A DNA stretch of 64,000 nt from assembly GCA_964234715.1 (NCBI GenBank), contig OZ174276.1; one strand, written 5' to 3'. A model generated the notes under the pieces. That model saw only the letters and a program-made list of their open reading frames with translations, did no database searches and was not told where the DNA came from. Of this stretch, positions 35,043 through 46,816 are shown one piece after another; the stretch's first letter is position 1; each line of letters opens with the position of its first letter. Position numbers and translations under genes: made by a program. This DNA comes from Podarcis melisellensis. Lineage: Eukaryota.

Positions 35043-37320
35043 TAGATGTTAGGTTTTTAAAGCGAATGAGCCTTTGTTATGATTATCAATTGCTAGCCAC
35101 TGATGAGTATTTCAGTTTTGAAGTGCAACAGTTACGTAGATCTTACTATTGTAGCCTGATGCACAGACAAAGGCACACAGGGGCACACATGCCTGCACTG
35201 GTTTTCACACAGTTGAACAACTTGCAATTTACATTTAACTGTTAGGCCTCATCAGTGCAGGCAGAAAAAGAAAGCATTCAAATTTTTAAATCAATGTTCA
35301 CTTGACAGGTCTGAGAGACCCTGCTGATTTCAGAATAATCTGGTCTGTGCAGCCAGCTAGGAATTAGTGATCTACAAACCTGCCTATTACTTAGAATCTA
35401 ACTCACCTAATCTTAAAAAGGTTGCAATAATTTACATTTCATGTCAATAATTCGTAATAGTACCTGTTCGCCTGGGTATAAAACCCTTGTTTTAATTAAT
35501 TTCTCCTCCACAGGTGGATTAAAATTTAAGTAAGGAAGGGCAGGGAGGGAAAAGTACATCCATCGCTTATCTGTGCACTACAATCCACTTTAACGCAAGC
35601 ACTGGGCTAGAATTCATTAGCTTGGGGCCACAATGAAACATTCTGCTTTGATCTCCCTTACAAAAGGGACTTTATTGGGAATATTTCAATTAGTACTGCC
35701 TATTAAAAATTTAAGCACACTTACAAGTATTCCTGATGGATAAGTAAATGCTGATTCTCCAGTTACGGGATGCTCATATCCAAACACAAATAAAGGAAAG
35801 GGGGAGAAGACAGAGGCATTTGATGCCACTCTTCGGGGAACTTTACCAAAGATGATTAATCAACAAAAGATTTCTGGGGGGGCTTTACTGCTCAAGAATG
35901 ATTAATCATTGCTGGCTGCTTGCATAAAGGTGATTGGTGGAGATTAATCATATTAACACTGATAAAGGAGTATTATCAAGCTTAGACTCCATTATTAGCA
36001 TAATAGGATTTGAGCACCACAAACCTAAATTTTCAATAACCTGTAAAATCAAGGCAGAACATTATTAAAGCTTAAAGTATTTAAGGGCACAGTTCTCAAG
36101 TCAAATCCTATCCCTCAATACAATGCATTTTATTACTGATGGCTGCAAGAAACACCACACCTTCTTCTATGCAATATGCTTTGTGGTGGAACAATTGTTT
36201 CAGCTACTGCTTGCTTCAAAACTCTTTGAACAATCCCAGCTCTGTTGACCAGCTATCTTAATTCACATTAATTCACTGGGTCTTTTAAAAAGTAATTTGG
36301 GTAACAGCAATTATTATAGCAGTGTGGCAAGAATACAACAAAAGACAGTATTTTAGGGCCAATCATAACATTTGTATAAGCTTACTCACCCCTACAAGGG
36401 GCTCTTACTGTGATGTTTACATGTTTTTTCTCCCCAGTGGACAATTTTTTAGTTTGTGTGGAACTTAAATAAATCAGTACACACAAATTAACAGTCCCCT
36501 CCCTGGACAATCCTGCCTTATGCACCGCATCCACTGTCGAATTCTAAATGTATCTTGGGTCAATTCTAGCCTTCTTCCATGAGAGTACTTTAATATAAAG
36601 TGTGGACTTGTAGAATACAATTCTTAAGAGGCTTACTGCAGATTACATAAAAGATTACCATTACAGGCGAAAGGGGATGGAGTACACAACATACTATACT
36701 ATAGCAAAAGCTACTACTCAGTATTAATTAATTGGAATTCATTGTTGGTACCTGTGAAAATCATTTCCAGCCCAGTATTTCAGTTAGCTTCAATTAATGT
36801 TAAAGGTGTTTGTGAGGGGAGACAAATGAATGATCATTACTGCAGTATTAATTCATTTAAATTCATTTTGGTGCTTGTAAAAATCATTCCAGAGCAATTA
36901 TTTCATTTGTGTGTGCGCGCATCCTCTCTGCTGGGGGTGTGCATATATATGCTGCTCGTGCCCCTCTTTCACCTGGGTGGATTTTGCAAGTGTGTGTGTC
37001 CAAGTGCGCATGATCTATGCAATCCTCAAAGGTGTAGCAAACCCTTGATGTGGCCCTTGAGCTGGAAAAGGTAAACCACCCCTGGGCGAAGGGTCAAAGG
37101 AAAAGCTCATTCCCCAAATAATTAATCCCTCTGCCCCGAATAGGGAATAAGTCATAATAAAATGAAACCGCATCACAATACAACATGGCAGAATATAGCA
37201 CCTTTAAAATGAGAACTCGACATAGAATTTAATCTATTCTGGAAGAAAAGACACTTTCAGGTAGTAAGAGACCAAAATTTGAGAGGTCAGCTTTCTGTTC
37301 CACTACCCTTGGCACTGTAC

Positions 37321-37407
37321 CTTGTGATGGGGGGCAGCCTGCTGAGGCAGAGGCGGCGGCAGCAGAGCTAAAGTCCGCAAACCCTCCGAAGGGGTCAGTG
37401 GCTCCAC
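37321..37407 (-). CDS. CLINT1: CLINT1 exon 9
   Basis: ttgtAG acceptor, GTACAG donor. 87 nt, phase 1-1: GATDPFGGFADFSSAAAASASAGCPPSQ, with the AP-1 gamma-ear-type FGGFADF motif. Confidence 0.93.
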
Positions 37408-38986
37408 CTACAACCAATCAAAGGACTTGTTGTAAATTAGTGAACACAGCCCCACTCCAGTAGCAGTTCACATCAAATATTAAATTTTATATTTAAATAT
37501 TTCGTACGTGGAGTCAAGATATACAGTTCTGGGAAACGGTGCAATCCATCAAGCGTATTGAAGCTCAAAGTACTTAAGGGCACAGTTCTCTAGTCAAATT
37601 CTATCCCTCAATACAAGATATTTTACCACTGGTGGCTGTTATACAAGGATGGTTGTCATGGTACAAAAACTGAAATATGTGGCAATCCTGCAAACCGGGC
37701 TGCAGGAACAAAACCTGGGTGTGTATGCAATCATACTCTTGTGCTTTACTTTGACTAGTTTGTGGGGAGTTTCCACCCTCAACTTTTTCACTATTCTGGC
37801 ATGCACAAGCATGGAAGAGAGCACCACGAACGATCATGCGTTAAATGAAGATTGATTCAGAAGGGTGATAGTCCGATCAAAACAAAATGTCACAAGGCAT
37901 ATACATGGCTGAAGTCTTTCTTTCCTTCTTTTTTGTACACAAACAATCCTGTCAAATCGAATTATGCCTGCTTTTATGGTTCAGTTATATCCCACCACTT
38001 GTACATCAGTGCAAGTGGTCTATATTCTACTTCGTAATTTCAGTAATAATTTACCAAGGTTGCATGGAACGCAAAACTGGTGAAGACCCAGTGTAGGCTT
38101 GGAAGAAATATCACACAGTAAAGATTAATGCAATTCTAACTCAGGTACTAGATATAAGAAACAGAACAAGTCTTTTATTGGAGAAATGCCTTTGTTTGCT
38201 TATTATGCTGCATAGAATGAAAAATTTAAAAAGGCCTCCTTACATGTTAAATCTTGTGAGACTGAAAGCAGGAATGACTTGCACAGGGTTTCAGATTCAA
38301 GGTTTTAATGCATAAAACCTGCACTGGTATTCATTTTTTAATAAGTTTGCTTTCTTTTCAGAATAAGAACATTGAAAGTCCCAGCTGTAGATACTAATGA
38401 TTTATTTACTACAAAATATAGTATCTTTACTATTCTTTCCTACACATTTTTTATCAAAATAGTAAAGATTCACAGCCTCTGCACTGGTCATTGTTCTGTA
38501 CATCTCCTTATGTCAAGTTTGTGGGCCAAACTAAATAGGATGATTGCCACAGGTGGGGATGTCTGAGCAGGAATGGGAATGCTGTACACAAGGAGGGCTT
38601 CATTGAATCAGAAATGCTACAGTTCCTCCCAAGCTATTAGCCCTAAAAGGAAAGCCCCCATTCAAATTTTTAAAATTGTGGACATTAATTGGCCCTCTGA
38701 GAGAAATACATACAAAAAATAGGCACTTTCTGCAGATATATATATTTTCTGTGAAGGAAAATGTTTGGGGTGAAGCAACTCTCTGCCACCATATCTTTAA
38801 TAAAGGGCTTTAGGCTTCTAGTTGACAGTTTCCTCCTCTGAAAGTACCGAAAAAGTGATGGCCTTAGCTGTTGCCGTTTGTCCTTAAAAGATTTCACCTC
38901 TGAGCAGTCACACCCTTCCAAGGAGTACCAGCAGCTCAATTATTCTGCTTTTAGTGTTTGCGTACATTATATGGGTTACATCACAG

Positions 38987-39118
38987 NNNNNNNNNNNNNN
39001 NNNNNNNNNNNNNNNNNNNNNNNNNNNNNNNNNNNNNNNNNNNNNNNNNNNNNNNNNNNNNNNNNNNNNNNNNNNNNNNNNNNNNNNNNNNNNNNNNNNN
39101 NNNNNNNNNNNNNNNNNN
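38987..39118. other. Assembly gap or masked run (132 N)
   Basis: Run of N. Confidence 0.99.
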
Positions 39119-42100
39119 CTCCATCTGCTGCTCTCAACTCGGTTAATTAAACTAGAACCATCGCCTTTTTAATAAATGGCTGGCAGTAATAAAAGGAACA
39201 ATTCCCTTTCTAATACATGTGTACTTCTATTTCTTTTTAATGCTATTTTATTTTAGTCAATTATTAGGAAGTCATACTTCATTTTCAGATAGGAGCATCT
39301 CCCTTCAGAATGTACATGGAGATGCTATCAAATAGGAGATTTTAACAACTGCAGTAACAAGACCCTCCTAAAGTCTTATAATAGGTGAATTATGTTGTAG
39401 AGCATATCCAAAAGACAGACAGATTGGGCATTTACCAGTATAGATCTTAAATCATTATGGGAAACTGTGATGGAGTTTTATGCAAAGATAAGCATCACTT
39501 TTATCTAAGCAGCTTGATGATGTACAATACATTTGCGCTATCCAGAAGATGGAAACAAACAGTATTTACATAGCATTGCATGGCATATGCAAATGTCTTG
39601 TCTGTAAACACTAGCATACTGTACTTAAATGATTACAAATTTCAAGACCATGGTGATTTGAACTAGCAGTGCTAATTTAGACAATACAGGTAAATGATAC
39701 CAAACAGTCAATTTAAAAGTAACAACCGTATGGCAAATGCTTGAGCCAGTTAAAAATCAGGTGAAATCTTTTGGGATTAATCTGCTTCTGCACATATTTT
39801 GGTGGTCCCATGCTCTATCTAGTTGCTTCCTCAGAAAACACAGAACGTTTACTCAAAGCTAACAGCAAGTCTATGAAGATGGTTACTTAGGATGCAGTGC
39901 CAGCACAGCCACCTGGTGTTGATAGTTGTGCAACAGGGTGAGCTAACAACTACCATTTCCATATGAAGCACTGCACAAATCTGTTTCATTTTCTTTTTCT
40001 ATCCTCTATTAAATGATAGAGATTTGTATTAGGCATTGCTCAATGTATTTACCCCCCTTCTTCCCACTGTCTTGGTGTGGACTAGTTGCTTGGCAGGCAC
40101 CTCCACAAAAACACGAGATTTCCATGCCCCTATCTTTACAAGAGAGATCAATGCCTATTGTGGCCCCTTTTGCTATTTTGTGCGTGCCACAGGCTAATGG
40201 AGCCATGCTCTTTACAGCAAGTAGCACACAGGTTAGGGAAAGTGACCTCCTTAGGAAGGACAGTGCTAATCTTCACAACATCATTAGCTAGCCTCAAAGA
40301 CTCCCAAGTGAGAGCTGTCGTTATAAATTAACTCCTTCCATCTGTCTCCTTAGGGCAGCAGAAGATGCTATTTGTGGTGGCCAGCTGGTAATGTGTCTCA
40401 TCTCTAGGACATCTTCTAAATGCTGATGTGGAAAGAGTGGGTAAGCTTAACTTCCACTAAAGCAGTGAAAGCAGAATAATTGGCAGTCAAATGGGAAATC
40501 CACAAAAGATTCAAAAGAAAGATGAGCATGTTCTGTTCTCACAGCAACAGTCTATAAGATCAGGGTTTTTCCAGATAGAGATTTAAATTAATAGTTGAGC
40601 ACTCCTTCAAATTATGGGATACCGGCTGTGGCTGAGATCCAAAGAGCTCCATACACAACTGGAAAACTGATTGAGGGTCGGGGCATATTCAAGCCACACT
40701 GAATCCTACCCCATAAATCCTTTGACTTTCAGGAGATACTTTTTAGGAAGTTGTAAGGGAGTGCAATAAAAACAGGAGCTTGAAAACCCCAACCTATTTG
40801 CCTCTTGGGATTCTCAATCTGTTTAAGTTGTTGCATCAACTTTAGATTTGTGGAGAACAAGGGGAATATCAACATTATTTATAACAGATGATCTACCTGT
40901 AGATAACTGGAATGAGAGTAGAACATTTTATTATATCCAGACATGTTTCAAGTGTTGTAAGAAATGCTCCTCTCTCTGCATTTATTTGTAAGACCAAATA
41001 TATGTGTACACCTGCTGTTGTCAATATTATGAGGAGGACTGAACAATATGCCCATTAACACTCCATTTACGTATGAGGCGGTGGGAAAGGCAGGTAATAC
41101 AGCATCAATGCAAGCAAGATCAAATACAATGCTGAGCTGCATAGGAGCCACTCAGATTAAAGTGTTTCCCACACAGCTCCTCCCTTATTATCCCACACTG
41201 TTCCAGAGCACCCCCTGTCCCACTGGAGCATCTTTTTAATGGATGCAGGGGGCTGCTGTTGGAAGAAGATGGCAGGAAATTCTCCTTGCGGGAGCACTTC
41301 TATGGAACCAGCCCCATGTTGAAAATTTGTATAGGAGTAACAAATTCTGGCAGAATCACAACAGTTCACAAAGCCCAAAAGTACAGCCACACCTTTTCAG
41401 AAGCTCATGGTATTGTAAATGGGGGATGAAAAGGGGTGGAAAATAATCTTTCCACTAACAACGTTAATGCTGTGTGCTGAATCTGTTGAGAAATTCTTCC
41501 TTCAAGAGAAAGCATTGTTTCAAGTTACACAGCTCTTAATCCTCTTCTTAATTTGCTCACAGGTAATGTGGATTATAAAACTGCAGCTATCAACATCCAG
41601 CCACCTAATATAAGATTGATGATTCTACAGTCATGCCAGCAGAGCAGTGAAGATATGTAAATAGAACCATCTTAATATTTCATGCCAGCCAGAGACAATC
41701 TTCCTTACTTTGTCCTGATATGGCTATTCATTGTTTTTTTTTTAAATATACCAAACATGCACTCCATTATAGAAAGTAACATTTACTTTACTGAAGCCTC
41801 AGTTTCACTAGTCGCCTACAATGGAGTGAATGAATTGAACACTTTTGAAGTGACCAAGAAACAATAGTTATTTCTGAGGTCGTCCAGGAGTCAATGGACA
41901 GGAAAGAAAAAAAGAAGTAATAAGGTCACTTTTGCTGTATACATTAGATGTGACTTGTAAGTCAGCTACTCTCACCACTGCCTCTCTCTCCATGTGTAAC
42001 ACGAGAAGTGTTGAAATCTGACTGGATTACATGCTTTTAAAATTAATTATGAATAACATTGCATTTCAGCCACCAGAGTTCCTGACAAACTGACTTAGCT

Positions 42101-42313
42101 GTGAATCTTTCTAAGGTGCTATGGTTATTATTAATCTATACAATATGGTAATTTGCATGTGGTTCTATGAATAAATACGCAGCTCTACATTTAACTGACT
42201 GATACAGTTTCCCTTAGCTTCCTAATGCACACCTTTGATTTCAGCAGAATTAAAATGTACTAAACTCACAAGCTACAGCTACTGCTCAAACAGAACACAG
42301 AAATACATTTTAC

Positions 42314-42386
42314 CTGTTGGGACTGATTGATCAGTACCATCGAACAAAAGATCGACCAGGTCACCGGATGACTTGCTGCCAGGAAC
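42314..42386 (-). CDS. CLINT1: CLINT1 exon 8
   Basis: ccttAG acceptor, GTAAAA donor. 73 nt, phase 0-1: VPGSKSSGDLVDLLFDGTDQSVPT, with a clathrin-box-like DLVDLLF. Absent from the ORF track; read by hand. Confidence 0.92.
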
Positions 42387-45300
42387 CTAAGGACAAGCAC
42401 AATTGAACTGTTTTAAGAAATATGGTTATGAATATGCAAAGGTGTGTGTGTGTGTTTTAGAGCAACTGAATGAGGACTGTTTGTGGCAAGAAATTGGAAA
42501 ACTGGAGTAACAGAGAGAAAAACAGATCTGTGTAGCACTTATGATAGCCTGCATCAAACATTGGTTGTTACTGGAAATCAACTTATATTAAGAGCGTTAC
42601 AAAACTGAAGAATATAAAGGAAGTTATTATTGTGCAATTTGATAACAAGGATCCTAAACTGTTACCTCCCATCAGACAATGTGTGGAGAGGTGCAAAAAT
42701 ATTTTTAGAAAACACACCCATTCCATATAACTATTAAACACAGGAGAGGCTGAACCATTTCTTAAAATATTTCCCATCTTTATATTTTTGCTAACATGCC
42801 TTAAAATTTCATTTTGATACATTCAAAATACTAGAAACATCATTTGGTCAATCGTATGCTGCCTAGAATTTTAAAGCTTGATATCTTTCTGCTTATAACT
42901 AAATTTGTATAGCCTTCTTTGTGCTTTACAATAGTTTTTAATCCTCTGGTTATTACTGCCTTACCTCTGGGATTATTCCAATTAAAATGAAAGGCTGATA
43001 TTAGGAGTGTGATGTCTAAAGGCACCAAAGAAATTCAGAGTTGACTTTGAGATTTGAACTCAGCATCCCAAACATGAGTATATTTAATTGGAAGTAACTT
43101 CTTCATTTCCTGAAGTAATTACTTCCAAGCAACTATGGTTAAAGGACCATCTTCTTTTTTGGGGAAACTGGAATAAAGTGACTGTTATACCAAAGGTGGA
43201 AGGTATATTTTAGGTTCTGCTTCTTTGATAAAATTAGCAAAATGCTAGATACCAGAATACTAAAAGCATAATTTAAGAACTTTCTGTCACAAAGTAGAGG
43301 TAGTGTGATTTCTTCTTCTGCTACAAGGAAGGAAATGTATTTACCAACACAATCCATGCATTGTTCATTGGTTGCACTTTATCATTTATGACTAAATCCT
43401 AGATTTTTGTACACATTCACAAAGGACGGCAATGGATGAAAAGTTGCTTTTCCTGGAGCACCATGTAATTTTAATAGACTATAAAGCTTGGCACAAAGAC
43501 AAGTACATCTATGGTAAACTCTATGCACCTGGGGGTTTCTAGAAAACTTGCTCATTACAACATGATTATGTAGACACAGGGCTCACTTTAATTTGCTTTT
43601 AAGAAGTTCCCTCCAGTACACTTGTTGAAGACTCTCACTCTTAGGCGGATGGGGAAAATAATTGGAAGCCAAAAAAAAAAAAGTGCAGGATAACAAGAGG
43701 GGAAGGATGCAATATCAAACTTAAGGTTGCAATCCAATACACACCTGCCTAGGAAATAGCAACCATTGAAAATAGCAATACTTCCTTCTCAGCCAACATG
43801 TATAGGACTGCACTGTAAATGCACCTGTGGATTTAATGAAGTCTGGGAGCACTGGAGAACAAGATTTGTCCCATCTAAGCAGCAAGCATGTGCAGCAGAT
43901 TCTGAACTAGGGGCGCAACTGAAACATGACACTTGCAGAAGGCGGACTTACCTATGCTGCAGTGCACCAATATCTCTTTGATCCTGGGCCCCCAGCCACT
44001 ACACATGCAATAACTAGCACACAGGCACAATGTCTGCCCAGGCTAAAGACATAAGGCATACAAACAGGCAAACAGATCCAGTTTAAAGCACAACCTCTAG
44101 ACATGTGCAGCCTTACATGGTTAGGTTCTTCTTCCTTGCCCTATGCCAAATATAAATTGGTAGCAAAGTACATGTCTGGGTATGGCCTTAAAGGACAGGG
44201 CAGACCCAGAATTAAACATTTCAGCATATAGTAATACGGTGGGCTGGCCACTTATGCAAGGGTTCAGTTCTGGAGGTCCTCCCACAAAGGCAAAATTGCA
44301 TAAAGTCAGGAACCCCCAGAGCCCCAACCCCTGCAATCACTCCTACCTCTCCAAAACAGACCTTGCTTACTGGGCTCTGAGAAGGTCATTAAAGGGCCCC
44401 GACATGCTCCCAGAGCTCTCATGCCTCTTTCCCAAAGCCCGGTAAGCAAGGCAGAGGGCTTAAAAAACTCTGTGTATTTAAAACGTTTGTACCCACACAG
44501 CTGCTTCCAACAGAACAAAATACAAATAAAAAAATCAACTACACAAATTAAATAGAACATGCATTTCTAGATCACATATTTTTCATGCCTTTTTATTCGA
44601 ATGTTTAAAGTGAAATTCTTATACAAAATTCCTTGCCTTTTCTGAGGGCATCTTCAAAATAGGTTATTGAACAGAGATACTTTGGGCACACTAGATGCAT
44701 ACATTAACTGCGCAATTTAGATGTAAAGGATCTGCTTGCTGGTGGATCAGTGTACTGCCATATGGTCTTTAATTTAGGGAATACTTAAAATTTGTACCAT
44801 CTGATTATAGCTTCACTAAGTTTAACCATCAGAGCTGTCAAACTGCTGTTTTTACAATTGGGCTAATTTAAATAGTTGCAGTGGAAAGAGAACACTATAG
44901 CTTTTCTTCATTGTTTCCCGACTTCCTTCCTAAGTGGCATCACTTTTAGTACATACTTAGCAGTGCCAGAAAAGTAATATGCATCCTCTTTCCCTCCATC
45001 TATGTGGGCAAGAAAAAAACCCCACTGCATTACGGCAGAAGTAAAACATGCTTTCACATTATGGTCTTAGTGTTCTTACCTATGTAATATAGATACAATC
45101 TCTAGTATTCTAGCTTCCCTGAGGCTGACATGGGAGTTTTTAAAACTGCCCATCTGTTCACTTCATGTCTTCAATCTCCCTGCAATTTTGAGCTTGACAG
45201 ATTCCATCAAACAATGACTTCTGATTCCCCTGGTCTCCAGACATTAAGTGATCCTTCCACTTCCTGAGAATGCTTGCAAAGGTGTGGCAGCAGATTTTAT

Positions 45301-46139
45301 CTCATTTCTCTACTCTATAACAAATAAAAACTTCCAACTGAACTGAAGAGGTGGAATGCTCAACCTGGATTACATTCAGTGTACATTATACTTCTATTAT
45401 ATACAGAGTTGCGTTTGATTACAACCTGGATTACAATACAAAATGGAAGTAACCCTAGCACAGGCGTCCACAATTTTAGCCTGGCTAGGTTCCAGCCCCA
45501 GGCAAGCTTGATGATACTTGGTGGAGGTTTTGAGAGTGCCTTTGTCCAGCAGTAGCCAAGGAAGCCTCCACTTCTCTTTCCTGCTATGGAGGAGGAAAGG
45601 ATGAGAGTAGGAAAGGATGACGAGAGGCTAAGCTACTCCTCTGCAAAGTTGAGAAGAAGGATGCTCACAGTACACAAAGCAAGCGAAAAATGCCAAATCC
45701 TGGACTGGTAGGTAATCACAGTGCTCCATCGTAGGTGGGTCCTTCCGGTGACAGCAGTTTCCCTGTCTTCTGAAGTCAGAAACCTAATGGAACGCCTAGG
45801 TCTCTCCGCCTTTACTCCTGGATAAATAGGTGCCAGAAGCAAGGTGATTCTTCTGCTTCTGAAGAGGGGACATCTAGTCATGCTGATCATGCTTTTGCGA
45901 CTTCCAGGATCACCTACAGGCAGCAACTATTTTAGGCTCATCTGATATGTGTGCGTGACCACACACACATTGCACTGAACCCGGAAGTGAACCAAAAACA
46001 TCCCAAAAGGGGGCGGGGCAGATGGGGCATCTGCAGGCCTTTTCAATGGCATTTCAAATATAATTTGAAATTAACATGTTTAATTTCAATTAAAGATGTG
46101 GTGCCTTGGAATGTAACCCCCACATCAATTGGGAGTTGC

Positions 46140-46360
46140 CTGTACAGGTAAACAATTTCTACATGGAGCTTCCCTTGAGACTGACTAAGAAGTTCCAACT
46201 AGTGCTGAATGCTTATGTCTGTGTGTTGATAGCTGTTGGAAGGCCAAACATACTTAAACCTATTCTACAGCAACCTGCCCTAGTTACCAAATAGTTTCTT
46301 ACCTTTGAAGACCTTCACAGCTTGGGATTCAAACACCCTGGAGACTGTCAAAACCCGTAT
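46140..46360 (+). mobile_element. L2 LINE ORF2 relic
   Basis: Translates YMELPLRLTKKFQLVLNA, resembling the L2 motif YxGLPxxxxxKLQLVQNA. Confidence 0.6.
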
Positions 46361-46575
46361 CAACCTAGGTGCTGCGTCATTCTTTGGTCTGAGCTTGTGC
46401 TATATGCCTAAATCATATGAGATGAGAAGCACCTGCTTAACCCAAATGCAGTTCCAGTGCTTTCAGTGAATTACTCCCTATGGCACACTTGAAGACTCCA
46501 GATTTATTACCTTTAATGAAAACAGTACTTGATTAGGAAAAATGCAAATTCAAATGTACAGTTGTGCCCTCCTAC

Positions 46576-46816
46576 CTTTGCTATAGACTGCTGAGTGTAA
46601 GCATTCTGGTCTGGACTTCCTTTGTCCCCTGTGTAATGTGCAGCTGCTCCCAGGTCAATGGTTTTGGAAGGGTTTGCTGTGCGCTTGTGTCTGGTGGTGG
46701 TGGTCTCTGTGGCTTGTGTGATATGGATGTGTTTTGTGGTCACTGTCTCCTCCTCATCTTTGAATTCTCCTTTAGGCGATTTAGCTTTTCTAGATCTCTT
46801 TTCCTCATCGCTATCA
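46576..46816 (-). CDS. CLINT1: CLINT1 exon 7
   Basis: ttcacAG acceptor, GTAGGA donor. 241 nt: DSDEEKRSRKAKSPKGEFKDEEETVTTKHIHITQATETTTTRHKRTANPSKTIDLGAAAHYTGDK...SIAK. Confidence 0.95.
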
